DNA from: Vicugna vicugna
Lineage: Eukaryota
DNA: 64,000 bases
Direction: 5' to 3'
Assembly: GCA_013265495.1 (NCBI GenBank)
Contig: MU058636.1
Location: forward strand, 9,046,239-9,110,238
The notes under the pieces are model-generated. The model worked only from the letters and a program-made list of their open reading frames with translations, was not told the origin of the DNA and made no database searches. Positions 53,481-64,000 of the stretch are shown piece after piece (positions within the stretch are counted from its first letter, which is position 1; each line of letters opens with the position of its first letter). A program made the position numbers and the translations under genes.

Positions 53481-54446
53481 TTTTTGCCCTCAGTCTATGA
53501 AAACCTCAACGTTTTCCTGTCTCGTCTCTTTTTCTCTAAGGAGCTTGGTGTGAACTCAGAAGAGAAGAAACTGGAATTGAAATTGCGCCTCTAGCTGTGT
53601 TTATTATTTGGGCTTTTTCCCCACTGTTTTACAGAAAGACTTAAAAGAAATTATTGATACCTTTGTTCGTGAACCCCACCTTACTCTGAAGTAACTGGGT
53701 TAGATCAAAGAAAGTGGAGGGGGACACGCAGGGTGATCAGCTGATAACAACTTCTGTTTTCATTTGCCTCGCAGAGCAGCCTTCACATTAGAGAGATCAC
53801 ACACAAGGTTTATTTTCTCCCGAGAGGCAGCCAGCTCCATTTTGGTGGGAAAGTAGGAGGAGAAAGGCTTATCTTCGAAATAGAATGGAATCAATGAAAA
53901 GACCTGTCTGTCTGTTTGCTCTGAGGAATGGAGTGGAATATGGTGGGGAAGGGAGGCGGAGACGGGATATTTGTTTTTCCTTAAGTGGTTATAATTAAAG
54001 CCTTCCACCCGGTTGCTCAGTGAACCAGAAAAAGGTATTTGTGAAGTTGTGAGTGTGTGTTTAACATCACAAAAGAGCCTCGCAGCCCGCTTTATAGAAA
54101 AACTTGCTCTCCAGCGGCACCTTGTGGGAAGTGCGTCATCCTGCAACGTGGAAACTTGCTTTTATGATTAAACAAAATTGCTTCTGGTACTTCCGTGGTC
54201 CTTCCCCCGACCCACTTTCCCTGCTAAGATGGCGGGATTTTTGCGAAGAATTTTGTCAACTGTTGTATTTCTGTATAACAGTCGCTGGACCATAAGCTGT
54301 GTCTCCATGTACGTGTCCTAGGTTTTGTATCAAACCAAGTAGCTCTAGGAATTCTTAATGTTCCATCATTAAAGTCATCTTTGGAATTGCTAAGGTCATT
54401 CATTCCGGAAAGCACTAATTTGGGGCTTTCCATTTTTATTTTTCAG

Positions 54447-54593
54447 GTGGAAACAAGTTAACCAAGCAGCACTTTCGTCTGAATTGGGCTTGGATCTCTT
54501 TCGAAAAAGAATATTACTTGATCAATGAGGACTCCAAATTTCTAGATGTCGTTCTTAAACGTAGAGGTTACTTGGGAGAGACTTCATTTATAA
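54447..54593 (+). CDS. FREM2: FREM2 internal coding exon (probably exon 3), 147 nt, phase 1-1: [48 protein letters not shown](S); start of Calx-beta domain 1
   Basis: Acceptor catttttatttttcag|GT and donor A|gtaagt, with an open frame between. Matches recalled FREM2 [40 protein letters not shown]. Confidence 0.96.
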
Positions 54594-55514
54594 GTAAGTT
54601 TAATTTACACTTCTGTCTCAAAATTACATTTTTCTAGCAAAAGTTCACAGTTCTGCAATGATTAAAATATGTTTAAAGCTCTAGTTTTAAAGCTTAGGGA
54701 GAAATTGACAATGAAAGTTTAACTGCTAAAGAAACATGCCAAAAAGTTTTGCATTGAGGCTACATTGTAGAGAAAAAAGCTGGAAAAATAAGAAATATGT
54801 AACCAAAATATATGTCTCTTCAAACCCTCTACCTACATGTGATTTTTCTCTGATATAAAATAATTTTACAAAATGGTAGTGATCACTCATAAGCTAAAAA
54901 AATTTAAATGTCACTAGATCTTAGGCTAGGCTTAGGCAAATCTATAATTTATCTATAAGATAAAATTCTGCTGAAATATCAATTTATGAAGCCTACTCTA
55001 ACAATAAGTAAACAAAAAACTATTCAGTGGCCTATTAAGCTTTGAAGTGTAATTTACTCTCTGTTGTGTTCGAATGTTCTGGTAGGTTACTGAAAGTTTC
55101 AAGAACCCCAGCATTATGTAAAAGCACTACATAAAGATATATGTTGTGACTTTTCTTGGAAACTAACAGTAAGGTGTTAACTACTAGCCATTTTCTGCTC
55201 TTTGACCCTTTTAAATAAATCATGAATTTTGTATATACATTATCTCAAAGATGATCATTCAATCTGTAGCCAGTATAATCCATTAATAAATTAAATCTGT
55301 ATTAGCAGCTCACAAAAGGGTTCGAATTTCAAAGATCTTACTACTCCCAGTTACTGAACATTTACTAAATGCAAGATATTCCGCTAAGCACATTAAGTAC
55401 TTTATTCATCTCTTTTACTCTTTACAATCCTTTATTCACTGACTCCACTAGTATTTTCTTGATACCAGTTGTTAAGTGCCAGACGCTGTGTCAGGTAATG
55501 GACTATGAAGTGAT

Positions 55515-55830
55515 AATACTGACAGCTAACAGTTATTGAGTTCTGATTGTGGGCCATGCCCGGCCCTCAATACCTAACATAGCCCCAGGAGAAGAGGGTC
55601 GCTGTATCCCCTATTACACAGGTAAGAAGACAGACAGGTTGTCACATCCCCAAAGTCACACCGCTACTAATAGACAGAGGTGAGATTTGGTTCCAGGACT
55701 GACTCTCTTAACTACTACACCATAATGCTTCTTAAATCCTCTATAACGGAGGAAGTTAATAACTCGCCTTTGATTCCATAGCTGCTAGGTGGCCAAGGCA
55801 GGATTAAAATCTAATTTCTCTTTCCGAAAG
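55515..55830 (-). mobile_element. MIR fragments
   Basis: acagctaacagttattgag...tatcccctattacacaggtaagaagacaga...cccaaagtcacaccgctactaatagacagaggtgagattt. Confidence 0.6.
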
Positions 55831-56239
55831 TTCCTTGACTAACCTCCATGCCATTTTTCCGTGCCCACAGCAAAAGATGGGATTGCAGTCACTGAGTAAA
55901 TCAAAGTAATACGGTTTGTTTACTAAATTATCCTTTTGAAAAAAAAAGAAGCATAAATCGAAGCCCAGTTTGTAAGCTTTTTAATTTCCAGATTTCTTTT
56001 TGCCCCACCTAATAGTATTTTTTACAGTATGTGTGGTTTGCCAGCTGAATATTTCTTTGTATCTTCAAGGGCGAGCAATTTCTGGACATTGAGTGTGTGA
56101 CTGTCTCCTCTACCACATTGCATGAGTGTGGACTAACCTGCCTCCTCCCAAGTCTACACGCCATTTCTTAATCCCTTATTGAAACGGGGCCCCTGTGTAA
56201 AAGGAACTCATGGAGGTGGCAAGTGTTTAGTAACCGTCT

Positions 56240-56405
56240 GTCGACCCTCAGACTTTAACGCACGCAAGACTTACATGCGGATCTTGCCGAAATGTTCATT
56301 CTGATTCATTAGGTTTGGGGTAGGGCTTGAAATTCTGAATTTCTAACAAGTTCGCAGATCTCCTTGTGCTGCTGGCCCATGGACCACACTTTAAGCAACA
56401 AGGTG
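56240..56405. mobile_element. MER5A1-like hAT-Charlie MITE
   Basis: ttctgattcattaggtttggggtagggcttgaaattctgaatttctaacaagttc...tgctgctggcccatggaccacactttaagcaacaagg. Confidence 0.8.
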
Positions 56406-57139
56406 GGCTAGTCCTGCACTTAGAGTAAGTACCATGTGTTAATTAGAAGAGGGGAATTTTTATTTTTGACCCCAAGCAAATTTAGGACTCCATCTGGGTC
56501 TTATTTTACCTTTTAAAAAAGATGACTTGCCCTTCGCTGTTTATCTCACGTTTGAGCAGCATATCAAACAGTTGAAGACGACAGTCTTTTTTCACTAAAT
56601 AGAAGTCCATTCCTCTTTGCTTGACGAAACAAAGATATTGTCTGTTTATACTTCACATCCAGTTGAGAATCTCGTGTAAAATCTACTGAAAAAATTATCG
56701 GTGCTTTTAGCAGTAACAACTGCGATTTGGTGTTACAACTTAGTATTTTATTAGATTGGATGACCTGATTATCACTTAGAAGAATGACTTAGTTGGAACC
56801 AGTGGACATTCTTTGTATTAAACTGAGTCCTTTTTGTTTTTCACTGCCTTTTGAATCCCTAGAAAAATAATGCCTTGTTGATGAAACAAAACAAAACAGG
56901 AAAGTAGGCAGTAGCTGTCAGGGACCAAATAAAAGATTCTTTTGCTGGCCATACGGCTGGGAATAGACGGGTCAATGAGCTGCATGTGTGCTGGAACCTC
57001 AGCGAGACTGAGTCCTTCCATCATCACCTTGGCAGTGAATTGCGGTGGAGCCGAGAGGTGTTGACAAGCACTCTGTGTGCATTAGGAGCCAGAGAGCTGA
57101 CAGGAAGTCAGCAACGTTCACCAAGATATGTCGTGCTGG

Positions 57140-57457
57140 CTAATGAACTCATCTACAAAACAGAAACAGGCTCGCAGATGTGGTGAACAGTTTTATGGTT
57201 ACTGGGGGAAAGGGGGTGGGAAGGGGTAAATTCAGGAGTTTGAGATTTGCAAAGGTTAACCGATATATGTAAAAATAGATTACAAAACAAATTTCTTCTA
57301 TGTAGCGTAGGTAACTATATTCAATATCTTGTAATAACCTTTAATGAAAAAGAATATGAAAATGAATATATGTATATATGTGCATGACTGAGACATTGTG
57401 CTGTACACCAGAAATTGACACATTGTAACTGACTATATTTCAATTTAAAAAAAAAAA
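57140..57457 (+). mobile_element. 5'-truncated L1 3' end (camelid type)
   Basis: ctaatgaactcatctacaaaacagaaacag...ttgtgctgtacaccagaaattgacacattgtaactgactatatttcaatt, with poly(A) at 57447-57457. Confidence 0.9.
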
Positions 57458-58997
57458 GAATATGACGTAAAGAAATGACTTTTCGTTGGGATGGAGTTGT
57501 CTGGGGAGGAAATAGCCCCCCCAAAAAAGATATATAGTGCTGGAATTCCTAGTTCTGTGCTCTTTTCCCTCTTGCCATTAAATGAATCATGCTTTACTTT
57601 CTATTAAAACAAATGCAATATTTATATCTCAGTTATTTTTCTGAGATCTAGAAGAAATATTTATTTTCATCTTCATTTTAAGATGAAACCAATAGTCAGT
57701 GATATACTGAGATGAAGAAATAAATATTCAAATTAATCTTTCATAAACACCACGAGGGCAGAGATTTGATCTGTTCTGTTATCTGTTTCAGCCCCAGCAC
57801 TTAAAGCCTGGCACATAGCAGGCATTCAGTGAACATCTGTGGTTGAATGGATCTTACTTGGTCCAGCGTCATTTCTAGTTTGAAGAACAAAAGGACATTT
57901 TCTAAGGATAAGATCATTTTTTCAGTTAAATGAGAAATGTTACAAAGTATTTTCAGAGTTTTTAATTCCAATGGTCGCAAGATTTTGTTTTTCCTTTTTA
58001 AAGTCTGTCTTTCCTACCAACTTCTCTGAAAATTGCCAGTGTGTAAAGGAACATATTTGAAAATGGAAATTGTTCTATTAACCTGACTCATGGAGAGGTT
58101 CTGATTCAGTACTTGAAGATAGGCTAGAGCAAGTACTAACTCCAATTTTACGATTTTTCTATGATGTTGAATTTGTTGATTTTTTGTGCTTAATAGATGA
58201 GTATGTGTTATGATTTGAGTATGTGGCATGATAATTGTAAAGAAAGATCCTCCTGTAGTGTACTCGGAGACTCAGAGCTCCTTCAACCTTCCCGGCTAAC
58301 TTAAATTGACCTAATGAACCACCAGAGCCAGTCAGACACATAGTAACCATATACATTTAGCTCTTTATTTCTGTCCACATGGTTTCATGGAATTCTGGAC
58401 TGTTCCTCAAAGAAAACCTAGCAATGCTCATGTTGACAAACACTGATTTACATTCTTTTAAGGGCCCTAGTTCCATGAAATGCTTAGAGAATATTATAAT
58501 TTTTTGTTATTATGCTTGGCCATTCACAACTTAGATTATCAGAGAATTATTTGACTCACAGAGTCTCTTATTATATTTTCCAGTTAGAGAATTTTTCTTA
58601 AGTTTTTAAAATATGATCCATGCAATACAACATATGCAAAAAAAAGTAAATATGAAGAGATTCAGAGCGTATGAATATGTAGGTGTAAGACTGTTTCAGA
58701 ACGTGAATATCAATTTACTCAGTCTTGTTTTACAAGAGGTGCTAACACCAACCTAGTGCAAAGAACATATAGCAAGACCGTAACGGTGCAAGAGTTGAAC
58801 AGAGTCATGTACTGTTGAGCATCTCCAGCAGAACACTTCTGTTGGGGACCCATACCCCATTACCCATTTCATGGAATCAAGGCAGCGTTAGCCTTGCACT
58901 GCAGGATGAAATGACCCACAAAAAGTTCACAGCAGGGAAAACCTTAATAACCCAACTGAAGAGAAACCTAAAAAGATGACGTTGTGTTTCCGTGAAG

Positions 58998-59228
58998 GTA
59001 TTGGCACGAGAGACGGGACGGCAAAGAAAGACAAAGACTTCAAGGCCAAAGCACAGAAACAAGTGCAGTTCAACCCAGGCCAGACCAGGGCCGCGTGGAG
59101 GGTGCGGATCATGAGTGACGGCGAGCACGAGCAGTCCGAGACCTTCCAGGTGGTCCTCTCGGAGCCCGTGCTGGCCACCCTGGAATTCCCCACGGTGACC
59201 ACGGTGGAGATCGTGGACCCAGGAGACG
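58998..59228 (+). CDS. FREM2: FREM2 internal coding exon (probably exon 4), 231 nt, phase 1-1: [76 protein letters not shown]; Calx-beta domain
   Basis: Lies within ORF 58976..59293. Acceptor ttccgtgaag|GT and donor G|gtgaga. Shows the Calx-beta pattern (GTA..D.DF...VQF.PG.T....V.I..D...E..ETF.V.LS.P) and is in frame with the previous exon. Confidence 0.96.
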
Positions 59229-60859
59229 GTGAGAGCTACCGCCAACTCGCCTGTGCTGTTGCTGTTGGGTTTTCAGGACAAAACTCCTTATGAAGGAAGT
59301 TTTAAACCCAATGTTTGGATTTTCTACAGAGAGAGCTTTCTAGAGGAACGGTTCAGTATTCTCAGATATGCTGTTGGCAGAGGGAACCCAAAAATTAATG
59401 AAGGGAAGCTGTATTTTTTCAAGTAAATAAGCTACAAGTAGGCACAGGATTATCAACATGTTCCTTCTCTTGTTATAATTCTATCCTTTGAACTGACATC
59501 ACTCGCCTTGCTGTTTTAGCATTATTTCATGACTTTTTAAAGTCTTTTAAATATCTTTTGAAAATGTCTTTAAACAAATGCTTTAGAAACTAGACCATTT
59601 GGGGATTAATTTGTTCTCCATGTAACACTTAATTATTCAAGCTTCTTCCTATATTCGCCAGCCAAAACTTTTCATTCTGCCATATGTTTGCACATTTATT
59701 ACATAATGCCCACGCACCCCACCCCCACTCCTTGGTAAAAAATGTTGGGAATCATTGCTCTTACTTTCTGTTAGATTACATTTTCTTGTCAATGCACACC
59801 CTTGGCTGGTGTTGTTTAAAGTGAATCTCACTGCTTTTGAGTGTAATTTGACCTTTCCCCTCCCCCTGCTATATTTCTACAGTCCTGACTTGTCTCAATG
59901 CAGCCAGGAAAAAAAAAAAGAAAAGAAAAGGTTGAGCTGGCTTTTTGAGGGCTGGCATGTAGACAAAGCTTGGAGAGACTCCTCTAAAGCTGAAATGCTG
60001 TCAGAAGACAGACATGACTTTCTTTGAAACTGCCAGCCTACTTTATTTTGTCCGTCAGAGAACTCTTAAATGTTCTGTAAAGATACCATCTATTCAGTAC
60101 ATGAAATAGAGATGTATGTGGACATCTCTGGGTTTCAAGATGGAGCATAATTAAAAGGAGAGGGTAAGAAACTGGAGTTCCAGCCCTGTTTGCTTAACTA
60201 ACGTCTCTGCCTTTAAATATGAAGGTTAGTTATGTTTATGATTTCCATTAAAGAACAGTTAGCATTTAATTACATTTAATTTTATCTGCAATATCTAAGA
60301 ATAAGCAAGTAAATTTTCTTCTGGTCTTTTGAGTAAGTGCTAGCGTGATAAAGCTTCTCTCTCTGGAATAAGCCCATGACAGCTTTAATACGTATAAACG
60401 GACCCATTAGTTAAGAGTTTGTTTGAAGCCATTCCTTGATATTTTATTTGCCCATTGGTATAATCACCCTACTTTACCTTTAGGGATAAGACACTCAAAC
60501 TCATTTGTGCCTTCCTACTTACAAGCCCAGGGTGACACACACACACTACTCTACACCCATAGTAAGTGTGAGAAGTGGGATTTTAGAAGCAAAATACACA
60601 CAATAGTCATATGCACACACTCACACACACACACACACACACACACCCCTTATATAATCTGTGTTCTTGAAAACTACCAAGTAAAAGTTTGCCGTAATGT
60701 GATTTTATGGAATGATGATCTAAGTGGTCTTGGCGTTTTCTAGAGGAAGTTCAGCCCCGTTCATTCCAGGCCACCATCATCACTATGATGACTGACAAGT
60801 GCTCTGGAATGACAGATGCCTGGAGTGTCCCATATCTTGTTGAAGACCAGTGGCCTTGA

Positions 60860-61045
60860 AATTACAAGCCTTAGGTTCGATTCCCATCTCTACCATTTCT
60901 ACTTGTATGACCTTAATCAAATCAAACAGCTTTTGTTAAGTTTTAGTTTCCTAATGCACAAAATAAGAAAAATTAATTAATCTCATGTTGCAGCATTCTT
61001 ACGAAAGTTTCATAAAACATACAGCAGAACACAAATATTATTGTT
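60860..61045 (+). mobile_element. MIR SINE
   Basis: ggttcgattcccatctctaccatttctacttgtatgaccttaatcaaatc...ttagtttcctaatgcacaaaataag. Confidence 0.6.
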
Positions 61046-63224
61046 ATTTCTAGTGTCATAAATTACAATGTTAGATTTCATAACAGGAGATTAAACAGTC
61101 TTTCTTCTTTCCACAAAGGATCACTTTCCCAACCATTTCAAAAATTTGATTCTTTCTACGCTCTTGTAGCTCTTCACTTATGAATTCACTAGCTCTAGGA
61201 ACTGTTATAAGCTCTCTTTCTGCATAATAATTCTAGATTTGTTATGAGATCTCTTTGCACGTATTAAAAATGTATCCAGCACAGGCTTGTGCTGAGCGCA
61301 GCACTGTGCCTTGGTGATGCAAAGACAATAGGATGCAATCCCTTCTATCAAAGAGCATATGACCCAATGGGAAAGAGAGCCCTGTGAATAAGTGATGGCA
61401 GCAGAATGTGGGGTAGCAAAGACTGAACAAAGCATTATGGGAGCAAGAAGAGGGAGTAACCAGCTCTGCTTTACCTTAGGCTGGGAGCTGCTTTTACTTA
61501 CGAGCCAGGTTCTATAAACACAGACAGGTACACTCTTTTGCCAGTACCTTGCTCACCCACAACGGGTGCTGGTGGTGATAATAACTGAAACTCATCGAGC
61601 TTTGCTTTGTGCCTGACAGTGTCATTAACACAGCGTAGACATTCTTTCATTCAGTCCTTTACTACCTTTCAGGCATACGTACCACTTTAGGTGCTTTACT
61701 TGATGTTTATAAGATGCTCTCAAATTCACATGCAACACGTTTTAGAATATTGGCTCCCAAATTGTATGACAAAAAATGTGTTATCATAAACTCTACATAC
61801 ACACACACAAACATGTACATGCATACATCCCGGATTCTCACATGTTTGTAATTATACTCTTATAATACTCTCCCTCCATTTATATTTTTTAAATTACATA
61901 GTCATGACTTAAGTAAGTTTTTAAATGACTATGTACTTTATCCATTAAATGAATATCTACAGCCACTGCAGAAGCAATACACACACTTAGGTGCTGATTT
62001 ACTTGACCTAAGTCATTACTCAGTCCCCACATGGATGCTCTGTCTTGCCTCTTATGCCTCCAGATGTTTGCGACTCTCTGGCTGGGAACCATGGCTCGTC
62101 TGACCCCTCTCGGAAGAGTGGGTGCAGTCAGTATGTTTTCTGCATCATCTGTGCAGAATGCAGCCCGCCTCGAAGGGCAGTGGAAGCCTGGTGCAGATGC
62201 ACCCCATCCTCACCCCTGACAGCCCTGGGGTGCCCGCGGGGAGAACGGAGCCAAAGCTCCCAAGTGGCCATGTGCAGTTCTCACAGCCATGCTAGGACCT
62301 GCCCCTGCCCATCACAGAGGGGCCACAGAGCTCAGTTCAACTATCAGATGGGGCTTCAGAAGCGCACATTTTTGTCCAGAACAGGACTTATTTTGTTGCA
62401 TTAAAATGGAGGGCTGAAAAAGGGCTTTTTGTACTTCTCAACCAAATGCCATGGGAGAACAAAGAGCAAATACACCATTCTGCCACGGTCATGGCTGTCA
62501 ATAACTTCCTAGACAAATGGGTTTAGTCATTGATTAAGTAAATCAATAAATTCAATTTCCTCATCCATTGAAGCCTGTGGTACAAAGAGGAGAGCTAGAA
62601 TAAGCAGAGAACAGAGCTCTGAGCGGGGACGGGAACCTCTCTGTGTCCTGCCTCCCATGCCTGCAGATGTCTGCCGCCCCAGGGTGCCCACCTGCGGAAA
62701 ACCTGCTCTTTGTTGTCATGACTTCTACTTCTCTCCTTCTGCCTTCTCTACCACTTTGCTACCCTCCCTCGTTTCACTTTGATTCCACAATCTCCATCCT
62801 TTGCCTGTGCACATAGAAAGTTTCAAGTGGGAGGAGCTTTACCCTGCATGAAATGTTAAACTCATTTTCTGGATGAGGAACCCAAGAAACTGAGCCATCC
62901 TTTAGTCCCTGCCTAAGCCAGCCACTTGGAAGCTGTTTTATTTGACTTTCTTTTAGCATTGGCAGAGATGGGTGAAATGACACTGCATCTCAGGGGATGG
63001 ACGCTCCCCTGTGAAATTCCATTGGATGGTAGCAATTGTCTTCCGTTACAAGATTCTCTGCAGCTGGGCTGGACTGTGATCAAAAGCAGACAGCAGATTT
63101 CCGTGAGACTAGAAGGGCTTCAAGAAAATGTCAGGTCACTGTCATTCCTCTTGTCCTGTTTTCTAATCTAATCCAGGGAAGTCCAAAAGAACTGTTCCAC
63201 GGGCCAAGGGCAAGAGAGTAGGTG

Positions 63225-63380
63225 GCCGTATTTGAGTGCCCACTGTAAGCCAGACACTGTATTAGGACCTTTACAATCTTATTCATTTAAACTTTATGCT
63301 TACAACTCTGGGCTTTATATGTCAATTTCCAGATGAAATATCTGAGGCTCAAAGAATTCATTTTCTCGAAGTCCCCCAGC
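63225..63380 (-). mobile_element. MIR SINE
   Basis: tatttgagtgcccactgtaagccagacactgtattagg...tttccagatgaaatatctgaggctcaaaga. Confidence 0.65.
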
Positions 63381-64000
63381 CAGTGTTTGAATATACATAT
63401 ATGTATTTCCTCCAAAGCTCTTCCATTTCCTCTGAGTTATACAGTCACCTGTCATTTCGCATGAAGAAATAATGAAAGAAATAATAACCAAGATCACAAT
63501 TAAACAGTAAACTTTACCGTAGCAACATTGTTTCACCTATTCTCACATATATGAAAAAAGAAAAAGTAATTTTTTCTATGTTTATTCTATTATTTTTTAC
63601 ATTTCTCTATCAAGCCTCAAATGCATACCTATAGGTAAATAAAAGCAAGTGTTCTAGGAAAACCATCAAGATCACTTTAGCCCTTGTGTGATGTGTCTGC
63701 GTGTTCAACAGATATTTACGGAGCATCCCCAGGTGCCAGAGTGAGGAAGGCACACTGACCCTGAAGCATCATATCATTAGGTGATTACATGCCACTAAAT
63801 TGTTACATTTAACAATGCAGACTGCTATGTATGACGACAGGAGGAGCAGTCAGCATCCACAGAAGTCTCTGACCTAGGGTAAAGGTAACTTCCCCTAACT
63901 GTCAGAAATTACGCTACTTTTCCTCACTCTTAGAAGCGTATAAATATTACTGAATATTAAACATTTTCATTTCTGTTAAGAGGAAAATATGTAAGAACTA

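Larger units (their letters stand above)
3690..54446 (+). other. FREM2: Large GT-AG intron of FREM2 (~50.8 kb)
   Basis: Bounded by donor gtaagt at 3690 and acceptor ttcag ending at 54446. The flanking exons join as ...VEDG-G-GNKLT..., with no missing protein relative to recalled FREM2. Confidence 0.9.

Noticed and set aside
58976..59293. Stand-alone 105-aa ORF, and antisense ORFs 58877..59245 and 58927..59202
   Set aside because: Only 58998-59228 is FREM2-like and bounded by splice sites. The extensions are intronic, and the antisense ORFs reflect the stop-poor GC-rich exon.
1..64000. CRISPR arrays, operons or other prokaryotic-type systems
   Set aside because: The sequence is mammalian intronic DNA, with no regularly spaced repeat-spacer arrays and no long ORFs.

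Overview
Mammalian genomic DNA, most likely camelid (alpaca, vicuna or camel), inferred from two Vic-1-type tRNA-derived SINEs and camelid/artiodactyl-style L1 3' ends. The window lies inside FREM2 (FRAS1-related extracellular matrix protein 2) on the + strand. It holds three internal coding exons (3600-3689, 54447-54593, 58998-59228; probably exons 2-4) that splice in frame and encode the end of the CSPG/cadherin-like repeat region and the first Calx-beta domain. The rest is intronic, including a ~50.8 kb intron, and is filled with L2, MIR, MER5, MER20, Charlie1, MLT1 and MER54/74 repeats, truncated L1s and microsatellites. Almost all ORFs in the supplied track are spurious. The most notable non-routine feature is a young-looking 188-nt retrocopy of the conserved 28S rRNA core (50448-50635). 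It has an A-rich tail, a perfect 14-bp target-site duplication at a TT/AAAAA site, and intact I-PpoI and R2 target sequences. Also notable are an L1 with a probable 3' transduction, a doubled L1 terminus inside one TSD, a tail-to-tail MER20 pair and a GC3/CpG-rich exon. I found no convincing evidence of a wholly new biological system. Repeat family names come from recalled consensus sequences, not a database search, and boundaries of old repeats are approximate.
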